Positions 24,319 to 35,500 of a stretch of DNA of 64,000 nt are shown in pieces; within the stretch, counting starts at the first letter, position 1; every line of letters starts with the position of its first letter. The DNA is taken from positions 3,264,431 to 3,328,430 of the forward strand of contig NW_019091359.1 of NCBI RefSeq assembly GCF_001949145.1. Reading direction: 5' to 3'. The position numbers and the translations under genes were made by a program. This DNA comes from Acanthaster planci. Its lineage: Eukaryota. The notes beneath the pieces were generated by a model. The model was given only the letters and a program-made list of their open reading frames with translations, was not told the DNA's origin and made no database searches.

Positions 24319-25106
24319 AGATGCAATAACGGAAAAGTCTCAATTCCATAATTTTCAACTCTCTTTTTCCCGTTTAGCTGAAAAACCATTTGAAAATCAA
24401 AGTAAAGATTTCAAATTGAAATGGGTGAATGTGCTGTTGCAAAATGATGAAACCAAAATTTAGACCCAAAGGTTACCCGCAAAAGAAATATTTTGCTTAA
24501 AAACATTTCTGACAACTCGTATAAATTATGCAAAGTACTGTGTGCGGTGGTGCAATCCCACAAAGTGCGCGATACCTCCCCTAGCCTTTTTTCAAGGCGC
24601 CTGTGGCTGCTCGGACACACGACGCACACGCACAACGAAGACTACTGAGCGCGAATAGCAATACTGTACCTATGGACCGGGACGGTGGACNNNNNNNNNN
24701 NNNNNNNNNNNNNNNNNNNNNAAAACCCAAAACAAAAATAAGTCGTTTTCCGTTTTTTTGATTTGAAACGAAAAATGGGGAAAAAGACGAAGACTTAAGT
24801 CGATCCATCAAGTGTCTGTAACGGGGAAAAACCGTCGGCACACTTCAAATAAAATAAGAGACTCGAAAATATAACACTTGGGGAACTGTGACATGTATTA
24901 CCATAACGGTTTAAATATAAAAACTGTTAGACGTCTTGTAAAGGAATTCTATTGATTAATTCATAAAGATTAAAGTGGGTAAATTTTGTGTGCATCTTAG
25001 TTTTCCCGTCTACACACAAATTGAAATTGTTTTCAAATTGTTTAATCGCTTTTGAAAGTTCAATGTCTGCTTGATGGCTTAAATAAAAGCCTAAGCAAAA
25101 TTTCAA

Positions 25107-25123
25107 TGCCGGAACCCGGGATT

Positions 25124-25173
<50 letters not shown>

Positions 25174-25179
25174 TCCGGC
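25107..25179 (-). tRNA. tRNA-Phe, anticodon GAA
   Basis: Intact cloverleaf, one substitution relative to the 22641 copy. Confidence 0.93.
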
Positions 25180-26229
25180 CGATAGAGTATTCAGAAACAT
25201 GTAGAGAATTGAATGGATGACGGCGGCATTTCAGGGCGTTTAACGTCTTGTTTTATACATGTAAATTTTGAAAACGAGACTATCCAGCTCCGTACCCAGC
25301 AGCGTATTATTTTTAATAACACAACATGCTCGGGATACACCATGTACTTTCCTATGGTAAAATTGTTTCATTGCCAATCAGTAAAAGGAGACTATTCGTA
25401 GAGGCTCGTGGTAGCTTCCCCTTTTTAAATGTCGGACTTAACTTCCCTTTGAGTTTGCAAAAAAAAAATCAAAGCCACAATTATAGCCTTTATTTAAGCA
25501 GTGGCGTAACTAGGCCTAAATTTCCGGGGGGGGGCACCGGGGGTGCAATTTTATTCAAGGGGTTACTATAAGAAAATAAACTACAGCTGCATTTCAATTT
25601 AGACTTCAAAGATTTCAAATGGTGAGGGAGGCATGGGGGTATACCTCACCCTGTTGGTTACGCCACAGCGTGCGTGTGACGCGTGTTCTGTATAAAAAAG
25701 GCCCAAGACATCATGTTCGTGCACATGTACACTTTCCTTTAGGGGCCTGGATGGATCTTGTCACTAACGTGTAAAAGTTATGTAAAAAAAGCTTGTCACA
25801 TTTGTTAAAGGTCTGTTATCATGATGAATTTTTCATGCAAGTCAGATGAGGTATGGATGGACGAATCTGAGTTTTACAAGGGAGAGATTATCTTTAGTTT
25901 GACTCTCCTAGAACTAGAAACTCACGGGAGTGTCTTTGTATCTTTGAGAATTCGAAGTTTTGAGTTACCAAGGAATTTCGAAGTGTATGATTTTTCCCTG
26001 TGACATGTATTACCATAACGGTTAAAATAAAAAAAATTGTTGGACGTCTTGTAAAGGAATGCTATTGATTTATTCATAAAGAATAGAGTGGGTGAATTTT
26101 GTTTGCATCTTAGTTTTCCCGTCTGCACACATAATGTCTAAAATTGAAATCGTTTTCAAATTGTTTAATCGCTTTTGAAAGTTTAGTGTCTGCTTGATGG
26201 CTTAAATAAAAACCTAAGCAAAAATTTCA

Positions 26230-26246
26230 TGCCGGAACCCATGATT

Positions 26247-26295
<49 letters not shown>

Positions 26296-26302
26296 CTCCG
26301 GC
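26230..26302 (-). tRNA. tRNA-Phe(GAA) with disrupted T stem (possible pseudogene)
   Basis: Same as other copies except the 3' T-stem strand reads CATGG instead of CCCGG. Confidence 0.72.
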
Positions 26303-26624
26303 CGATAAATAGCCAGAACATCTTGATAATTGAATGGAGGAAGGCGCCAAGTTGATTAATGAAGCCTATAAAAAAACTGTGGCCCACTTGGTTAGGCAAC
26401 AGCAGTGGAGTAGGCGAAGATTAGTAGTGAGGAGGTCTGTGTGATGGATCGTTTGTCCTGAGAATTCAATAAGTCATGAGATTGGAAAGGGCAGCTTGCT
26501 TGTGAAAAAAAGATCAAATTCGTGGAGATAGAAACTGCAGGTCTCCGGCAGGACACAGTGCAAGTGACATCTCCGTGTTGAATGACGTTTAACTGCCTAT
26601 TGCATTTTCAGTGACGACTGCAAA

Positions 26625-27842
26625 ATGAGCACCAATCTGCTCAGTAACATGACTGTGGACGAAGATACAACTTGCTCCATCAATGGGCTTTCTAACGAAG
26701 TGATAATTGGCGTTCTGGTTTATTTCGTCTTCGTCGTGTTGCTGGGCATACCGGGTAATTGCCTCATCTTTTACGTGTACTGGAGCAAACGAAACAAATC
26801 CAGCACCAATGTCCTGATCATGTCGCTCGCATCGGTTGACTTCGTGGTTTGTTTTCATCGACTTTTGGACATCGTCTTGAATTCACTTTGTCTGGCTGGA
26901 GTGAACTCACCTGGTACCTTTCGGAAAATTTTGTACTGCCTCAACCTTGGATGGATCGGTGCGTCTGTCACCGTTACTGCGATTATTGCTGTGGACCGTT
27001 ATGAATGCGTGTGCCTTCCAAAACAGCGAAAGATGACTTTCAAAAGAACCAAGAAATCCTTACTGGTGTCAATTCTTGTCAATTTTGTATTCCAAATACC
27101 GTTATATGTCGTAGTGGTCATGGACGAGACTGTTTCAGTTACTCTTTCTGCGACATTTTTGGGACTTAGGCTTGTGATATTTTTGGCTGCGTTTTGTGTA
27201 ATCTTGGTATGTTACGGAAGTGTTTTCCGTGCCATACGCCAACACGTTCGAACCAGTGCAGCATCACCACAGAGTCATCATGAGCACCAATGTTCGCTTT
27301 TCAAGAAGTTCTCTCAACCACACACTCCAGTGCGAACAGTAGCTGACACCGTACCATGTCAGTCGTTGGTGGATTCCAGTTTAGAATCAACCAACGGAGA
27401 GCTACGAATAGGGGACCAACTACCGACGAAGACGAGCACCAGTGGGGTACACCAGCCCAGTTTTCTTGCAAATGATAACCTGACTGATTTGACTGAAAGG
27501 TGGGATGAAAGCGAAGCGACCCCACCTACGCAGTTCCTTCGTGTCAGGGTACCTTCTGTGACCGGACGCCGTCAAGTTGCTGGGCCGGCACTTCAGCGCC
27601 GAACCACCCTCATGCTTTTCATCACTACCGTTGTGTTTCTCGCTTCTTGGCTGCCTTATGGAATTTATTCCGTCTTTGAAGCCCTCGGCATGGAATCAGT
27701 CTTTCTGAAAACATTCACCAAGATTTTGTATGTAAATAACGTCGTCAATCCGTTCATCTACGGCCTAGCGAACAGACGGTTTCGAGATGACTGCCAAACT
27801 GCCCTTCGGAAGTTGAGATTTTGTAACAGAGTCAAACACTAA
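26625..27842 (+). CDS. Intronless orphan rhodopsin-like (class A) GPCR, 405 aa
   Basis: Seven hydrophobic segments with GIPGNCLI (TM1), LASVD (TM2), IAVDRY (TM3), FLASWLPY (TM6) and NNVVNPFIY (TM7), N-terminal NxT/NxS sites and a long third intracellular loop. Ligand class not assignable. Confidence 0.92.
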   Translation: MSTNLLSNMTVDEDTTCSINGLSNEVIIGVLVYFVFVVLLGIPGNCLIFYVYWSKRNKSSTNVLIMSLASVDFVVCFHRLLDIVLNSLCLAGVNSPGTFRKILYCLNLGWIGASVTVTAIIAVDRYECVCLPKQRKMTFKRTKKSLLVSILVNFVFQIPLYVVVVMDETVSVTLSATFLGLRLVIFLAAFCVILVCYGSVFRAIRQHVRTSAASPQSHHEHQCSLFKKFSQPHTPVRTVADTVPCQSLVDSSLESTNGELRIGDQLPTKTSTSGVHQPSFLANDNLTDLTERWDESEATPPTQFLRVRVPSVTGRRQVAGPALQRRTTLMLFITTVVFLASWLPYGIYSVFEALGMESVFLKTFTKILYVNNVVNPFIYGLANRRFRDDCQTALRKLRFCNRVKH

Positions 27843-27953
27843 GATAAAACTTTGTCATAATTAGCAGAAAGAACCTTACCGCGTCAGCTGAAGCTTAACA
27901 GGCCTTCAGTTTCGAAAGACCAGTTTTGTGGCGTAGGAATACCATGCTTTGAT

Positions 27954-28175
27954 CAGGGCAGATTCAAGATTTGTCTTGGGGGAGGTTCTTACCGGAATGT
28001 AACCCCCCATAGCTCGCGATGCTCAAACCCCTCCCCATAGCTCACGATACTCAAGCCCCTCCCCCACCCGTTGCGTCACGGGGGGGGGTGCGCGGTTATA
28101 CCAGAGCTATTTTTTGGTTTGAACACTGTAACAAATAATAACATGGGATATTAAGCCCCTGAGGATCCGCCCCTT
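27954..28175. mobile_element. MITE with CAGGGCAGATTC...GGATCCGCCCCT-type termini; second copy at ~30546-30772
   Basis: Imperfect terminal inverted repeats and G/C-run-rich interior, duplicated together with the GPCR 3' flank. Confidence 0.5.
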
Positions 28176-28588
28176 GGGTGTGCCACTGTTCTGTGAAATA
28201 GGCATTAACATCTTTTATTTATATTTATAATTTGTTGTCTTTTTTGTATGATATATTGGTAATTAAACTATTCCATAATATACCGTGTCTTGTAATTTTA
28301 CCTCTTTGTAATATTTTAAGACGATTTTATTCTGATTTTTATTCCTAATGCATTTTATAATTATTCTATTTACTTTTAAGTGTAGTTTGTTCATTATTAT
28401 TTGAATCCTTGTGAGGTTTGATTTGTCCCTATCCTAGTTTGCTTGTGTATATTGTACTTGTAATTCTTTTTTATTTATCTCTTTCGTTTATTTATTTTCA
28501 TTAATTTCACCGTTATATAATTTAGTACATTGTATCTTTGGTGTTAATAATCCTATTTGTATTTATTTCAACTTATATAATTTACTTC

Positions 28589-28662
28589 CCAGGACCCCAT
28601 GGAAGACCACAATCATATGTGGATGGGTCTCCATGGTAAATCAAAGATAATAATAATAATAA
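28589..28662 (+). mobile_element. Probable 3' tail of a non-LTR retroposon
   Basis: Hairpin CCATGGAAGACC...GGTCTCCATGG followed by a (TAA)n tail after a long AT-rich tract. Confidence 0.4.
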
Positions 28663-28848
28663 TTTCGATGATTATAATGGAGAGTGTTGTATAGGTTACA
28701 ATCTCAGATCTACGCTGTTCAATTTTACTGGTGAAACTTAAATGTGATGTTCATCAATAAGATTTGCTTCAATTTCTATCAATTTCCAATTGCTGTTGTT
28801 CTCGGTACAAAACTCTATCAATAATTCAAATAAAGAACAAAAAGCGAT

Positions 28849-28865
28849 TGCCGGAACCCGGGATT

Positions 28866-28914
<49 letters not shown>

Positions 28915-28921
28915 CTCCGGC
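28849..28921 (-). tRNA. tRNA-Phe, anticodon GAA
   Basis: Identical in sequence to the 22641 copy. Confidence 0.93.
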
Positions 28922-29239
28922 CGATGAAATATCCAGAACATCAAGATAATTGGATGCAGGAAGGCGGCATTTCAGGGCGTTAAACGTCTTGTTTTATAAA
29001 TGTAAATATAGAAAACTAGACTATCCAGCTCCGTACCCAGCAGCGTATTATTTTTTATTAAAATATAAAAACTGTCGGACGCCTTGTAGAAAAAATGCTG
29101 TAGGTAAATTTTGTATGCATCTTAGTTTTCCCGTCTGCACACATTGTCTGAAATTGAAATCGTTTTCAAATTGTTTTATCGCTTTTGAAAGTTTAGTGTC
29201 TGCTTGATGGCTTAAATAAAAACCTGAGCAAAATTTCAA

Positions 29240-29256
29240 TGCCGGAACTCGGGATT

Positions 29257-29306
<50 letters not shown>

Positions 29307-29312
29307 TTCGGC
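29240..29312 (-). tRNA. tRNA-Phe(GAA) with acceptor- and T-stem mismatches
   Basis: GCCGAAATAGCTCAG...CCCGAGTTCCGGCA; a few substitutions relative to the other copies. Confidence 0.75.
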
Positions 29313-30128
29313 TGATAAGGTATATCTAGATAATTCATGGATGATGGCGGCATTTCAGAGAGTTTACCGTCTCAAGTTACTACAAACGTCGCAGCTCCGT
29401 CCCCGGTAGCGTATTTTTTTTATTACATAACATCCTTTGGACGCACCAAGTACTTTCCTAATGTAAAATTGTTTCATTGCCAATCAGTAAAAGGAAACTA
29501 TTCGTAGAGGCTCGTGGAAGCTTCGCCTTTTGAAATGTCGGACTTAACTTCCCTTTGAAAAAACTTCTTTCAAACGCCATGATTATAGCCTTCAGTGGTG
29601 TCACTATAGGGATAATTTGGGGGGGGGGTTGCACCTNACTTCATGGATGACGGCGGCATTTAGAGAGTTTACCGTCTCAAGTTACTACAAACGTCGCAGC
29701 TCCGTCCCCAGTAGCGTATTTTGATATTACATAACATCCTTTGGACGCTCCAAGTACTTTTCTATGGTAAAAGTGTTTCATTGCCATTCAGTAAAAGGAG
29801 ACTATTCGTTGAGGCTCGTGGAAGCTTCGCCTTTTGAAATGCCGGACCTAACTTCCCTTCGAAAAAACATCTTTCAAAGTCACGATTAATTAAGCCTTTA
29901 ACGGTGTAACTTAGTGATGGGGATAAAGTTTCGGGGTGGGGGGAAGGCACCCAGGATTTGCACATTTTTTCAAGGGGGTACCACAAGAAAATAAACTATA
30001 GCTGGATTTCAACAGAGACGATTCACAAATTTCAAATGGGGTGGGGGAGGCACCCGAGGGGACGGTCATCCACTGGAGGGGGCACGTGGGTATACTGGTG
30101 TCTCCTACCGTCATGTTCATACCCCAAT

Positions 30129-30450
30129 GCAAATGCCATTATAATTATATGTCGGAGTGGCCATGGAGAAAACTGTTTCAGTTTCTCTTTCTGCGACATT
30201 TTAGGACCTCAGCTCGTGATATTTTTTGCTGCGTTTTGTGTAATCTTGGTTTGTTATGGAAGTGCTTTCCATACCATATGCAAACACATTCAAACCAGTG
30301 CAGCTTCACTACTGAGTACGACAACCCGCAAAATTCACTCTTCAAGATGTTTTTTTCACCTACATACTCCTTTGCGAACAGTAGCTGACATCGTACCATG
30401 TCAATCGTTGGTGGCTTCCAGTTTAGAATCAACCAACGGAGAGCTAGAAT
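30129..30450 (+). pseudogene. Truncated paralogous fragment of the upstream GPCR (TM4 end, TM5, part of ICL3)
   Basis: LVIFFAAFCVILVCYGS...IQTSAAS...TPLRTVADIVPCQSLVASSLESTNGEL matches 27092-27405. It then jumps directly to the GPCR 3' flank (30450-30800, matching 27858-28200). Confidence 0.85.
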
Positions 30451-32524
30451 AATTAGCAGAAAGAACCTTACCGCGTCAGCTGAAGCTTAACAGGCCTTCA
30501 GTTTCGAAAGACCAGTTTTGTGGCGTAGGAATACCATGCTTTGATCAGGGCAGATTCAAGATTTGTCTTGGGGGAGGTTCTTACCGGAATGTAACCCCCC
30601 CCCCATAGCTCGCGATGCTCAAGCCCCTCCCCATAGCTCACGATACTCAAGCCCCTCCCCCACCCGTTGTGCCACGGGGGGGGGGTGCGCGGTTATACCA
30701 GAGCTATTTTTTGGTTTGAACACTGTAACAAATAATAACATGGGCTATTAAGCCCCTGAGGATCCGCCCCTTGGGTGTGTTACTGTTCTGTGAAATAGGT
30801 GTAACAGGGAAAAATGACACACCATGGGGAACCCGCAGAACAACAGAAACTCTAACTAAACTAAGGATCTTTGAAGGAAAAGTCGCAGGAAACTGGATTA
30901 ATAAGGGCTCAGACACCAATATTTGACTTTAAAGAATGAACAAAAAAGAATTTATTCATGAAAAAGTACTGGGAAAATGCAAAAAAAAAAAAAAAAAAAA
31001 CACACCAAAAGGACTAAAGGACTTAAACGACTTAAAACCAAAAGACTAAAAACCAAAACCAAACACAGTATGTAAAATGGACCTAATGAGTTTACACTTT
31101 GACTTCAATCTGTAAAAGACAATTAAAAAAAGAACATACATGTAAAAAAACAAAATTTCTTGTGCATGAACTATATAGTACATGGAGGAGAGCAGGGATT
31201 AACACATCATAAAACGGCAATTGTGAACAGATCTAAGGGGCTAATTAAGTATTCATATCCCCTGGCAAGTCCAAATAAACAATCAAGTAAGGAAGGGAAG
31301 ACAAAGAAAGGCATGTTCTGAGGCAAATGGGTGGAAATACTTTATACATCACTAACATTCTTTGACTAAAAAGAGTAAGAAAGGTAAGAAAATATGAGAA
31401 AATCAGATAAGGATAGATCTAAAAGATGATTTAAAATTAGGAAAACTTCAGTGATTCAGAAAACTAATAATACTCAGCAAGAAAACGGACAAACCTTGGC
31501 AAGAAAAGTTTAGAAACTAGATAATATTGAAGAAAGAGGGAAAATTTAACTTTTTACATGAATACGAAAAGTTTAGAAACTCACCACTGACTTCCAGCAG
31601 AATAGGGCTCAAGCAGAAAACCACACTCCAGTTAGGAGGAACAATACATCTGAANGCAGTCCGTATGCGGCCTTTCGTCCACTCGTTATTTTATTTAAAA
31701 ACGAGTATCGACCAACCAAAAAAACGAAAAATGAGAAAAAAGACGAAGACTTAAGTCGATCCATCAGGTGTCTGTAACGGGGAAAAACCGTCGGCACACT
31801 TCAAATAAAATAAGAGACTCGAAAATATAACACTTTGAGAAATCGCTAAAAAAAATTACTTTCAAAGGGATCAAAAGGGAGGAGTTGCAGGAAATCTAAA
31901 AGAATAGGGATGCGCTGAAACTTGGTTCCAACAACAAAAAAATCTTTTATTTCTTCTTAAAAACACCAAAAAAGGGGAAAAAAAGAACTTTAAAGCAACG
32001 GATCCCCCGTATTCCTTTAGTTCAGCCGTGATTGATTTGGTGGGTTGCGAAGATGTTCAGTTAAGTTCCTTACTTTACAAAATGAAAAATGGTGTTGTTT
32101 TTCATCAATATTTGATACGGGTGTCGTTTTCATGTTGAAAAACGAAAAAAAAACGTGATTGTCGTTTTTCATTTTTTAAATGAAAGACGCAAAACGGCTT
32201 GTTTCTCTGTCTTCAATTTTCTATGTTTAAATCAAAAAACGAGAGACAGCTCATTTTTCAGTTTCCATTTTCGTTTTAAATCGAAAGAAAACGAATGCCG
32301 AGCAAACGGTACCACGGACCCTACGCCGCTCTACGGTACGGACGGACACTCGCTCTGCAAGAGCGCGATTCGCAAACCGTCTGAATATAAAGTGGTGCCC
32401 GTCTTTTTGTTCAATGATATTTTTAAGCCGTCGTCATCAACAGTTACCAGCGGATTGACCTCCATGAACTTTTGAGACCTGACAACACCAAAACATTCAC
32501 GCTAACCAATCACACGTAACAGGC

Positions 32525-35500
32525 ATGGCGTCTACTGAAGTGGAAGACTTATACAGACGACTCCAGGTACTTTTGATTAGTGAGATTACAGCATTATTTT
32601 TGTGTGTTAGTTTTTGTTTGAGATGTTAAACTATACAACAGACGTTTGAAGAGGCAATATGGAAAGATTATTTTGCAACCTAGATTAGCGTACCCGGTAG
32701 GCTTACCCCCTCGCCCTCTGGCTGGCTCGTGACTTGGGGGACTAGTCATGGTAGTGCATGTAGTACTACTTGGCCCTAGCCTTATTGCTGATATCGCATA
32801 GGTGATTTTGCACAATGTTGGAAAGGCATTGTGGGAAGGAAAAGGGGGCAATGTTTGCTCCTTTTTCCTTTCAACTTTCTCGTCATGAAGCTCTTGAATG
32901 AAATTATGCACTGACATTAATACTCATACTGTCGATGATCAATCGTTACATCGGCATTTTTCTAGGCCTATGTGCGAATTAAAAGCTTTTCCAGTGACAA
33001 TTCAAGAAAAATGTCTGCAGAGCGTAGTGATAAAGACTTTGATTTTACAGACCAGATAAAAAATTAACCGCGTGAAATTGTCCAGAAAAAGGATAACTGA
33101 TCGCTGTTCGCTCGTGATTGGTGTTGGACGTCTGACATGGGCACTGATGACAACTTGGATCATTTTTTGCCAACTACTGAGGGCGTTATCAAAAATATAG
33201 AGTCTAAAAAAGCACTGCGCACCTCAGTCATATTTGTGACTGGCTCTAGAAAAATGGGTAGTATTTAAGTTGCCAGATTCAGGTTGTGAATTTTGATGTG
33301 GCTGGATTTTGTACACCGAAAGCTACAATTTGATATATGAATGGCCCCTGTGGTGTGGGGTGTGCCGGAGATACAATGTAAATAGACATTTGTATATCCA
33401 CATTTTCGGATTCATTTTCTGCTTTTTTCGAAGCACTTTTCGAGAAAAAGCTCAAAAAGTGTAGTGCTTGGAAACACAATGTTATCTAGGATTTCTTACT
33501 GAATGATCAATTTTTCATCTTTATTCATCAGTGTCCATGTTTGTATTTTTCCATATTATAGACGCTATTAAAGGAAAAACGCAAAATCACATTTTTAAAG
33601 AAATGTTGCCCTCTCCAAATAGAACAGGCCATTACGTGTTTTGGCATTGTGTGACGTAATACTCTTTTTTGCAGAGTGGGTTACATTTTGAGATTTCCCT
33701 TGCCAATGATGGGCATGGATTTGGCGGCACACTGTATTTTGTGACTTTTTTTTCAGTAATACACCTAGAAAGAGAATTTTTTTCATAACATCGAGATTAA
33801 TTACTCATATTAAAGCTTTTATGACTTATTTGAAAGAATAAAAATTCATGCCTTACTGTAACTTGAAGTGAAATTGACAAAAATTAAAATCAAGGAGAAG
33901 GAAAAAGAGACAGCGGTGGAAAATCGAGCTATATGTATGGCAAAAAAGTGGGTTTTTTTTCCCTCAAACTGAATCACTATACCAAAGCAATTAATGCAAA
34001 AAATAGACATTAACTGGCATATTTTTTCGGAATAGGGCATTACCAATACCCTGTAAAATGACGTTTTAAATCATACCTGTATGAATTTTGGTGACGTAAG
34101 TTTTAGTGCAGCTGATCCAACTTGTTTGCAGATGACTTTGTTCCTGCTGCTTCAGTGTTCTAGCTGCTTTGATATGCTTCATAATATTATTCCTTGTAGG
34201 ATTTTAGTCAAACTTTCAACTACTGAGAGTGAAGCTATTAGAAACTTTGTTTATTTTACATGTTTTAGAACAAATTTTGGTCAAAGTATTAAGCGTATAA
34301 CAGGATTGTGTAAACATGTGTAAACATTGAAACTTTGTCCATAATTAACCAGAGGTATCTCAACAGGGTCAAATTCATTCATTTTTCCTCATGTACACAA
34401 GCATTTCGTAATTCATTAATTTGTTAAGTTTCCCAGGTTGTTGGATACCTTACCCATTGATGCTGCTCGGGAAATTGCCTTTGACCTCAACTCTTTTGTC
34501 CTAAAACTGAGAAATCTCTGGCCTTACCCAGATGGTAGCATTGTATTTCTGAAAAGCATTGCTTTCTGAGTGTGTGAAATTTTGAATGTTTTTTTTTATG
34601 AAGTGTTTATTTTAGTTTGCCATCATCCGTTTATCGTATCATCACACTCATAACTCAACTATGTACATGTAAACTGCCACAGGTTTAGCCAGTTTTACAC
34701 TGAATTAACTTAACTTAAATGAATGTATTTACTCAAGTTCATGTTTATACAATTATTTATTTATTTACAAGTACATGTAATTTGGATTTGTCCCTTTTTT
34801 ATCCATAAGTCACTTTTTATTATTAGTTGTTTGTTATTTTGTTTTCCGTGATACTTGTACCTGTAAGTGGCGGATCTCTGCTGTTGGATATCAGAATAAA
34901 TAAATAAAATAAAATAAATTATAAATAGGCCTAGGCCTACTCCCAGAACTGTGAGGCACACTCCGTGTACACGGAGTGCGCCTCCCAGTTCTGGGAGCAA
35001 AAAAGGCCTAACTACATGTAGGCCAAGTTAGGTTATTTGTGTTGGCCTGCAGCCAGCGTTGAACTGATCCCATATAACTATTTGGCACAATTGCAGAATA
35101 CCCCGCCACTCAGTCATTCCACCTCGTGGCCGGCTTTGAGGTCCAAGGTCACACATGCAGTACACATCGTGTTAAGATGACCACAAAAGGGCGCACCGAT
35201 TCTGACTTTGTATCTGCTTAACTGCCGACTCGGGACTTCTTTTGGACTTAGAATTTTTCTGCCCTTTCCCAATGACTTTGTGCACTTGCCACCCTTAATC
35301 TCCTCAGTTCTCATCGTACCCGCGAAGCCAACCAATCCCCATTAATTTTGTGTTGCTTCGTTCTAAAAAAATGCAACTGCCAACATGGGAGTCGGTGTGG
35401 TTTATTTGTCTGCAGGGGAAGAATTCTGTATTAGTCCATTACAGTTTTTGCACGTCATAGATACAAAGAAGTTTAAAGAGGTCATCTATTCATTTTAGGG

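Larger units (their letters stand above)
21595..30100 (-). repeat. Tandem array of tRNA-Phe-containing units (long ~1.1 kb and short ~0.4 kb variants), interrupted by gaps and by the GPCR locus
   Basis: 21595-22713 is nearly identical to 25175-26302; related spacer sequence recurs at 22714-22873, 23324-23900, 24885-25106 and 28922-30100. Long units carry a CAGTGGCGTAAC...GTTACGCCA MITE. A further tRNA 5' end abuts the gap at 21595. Confidence 0.85.
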
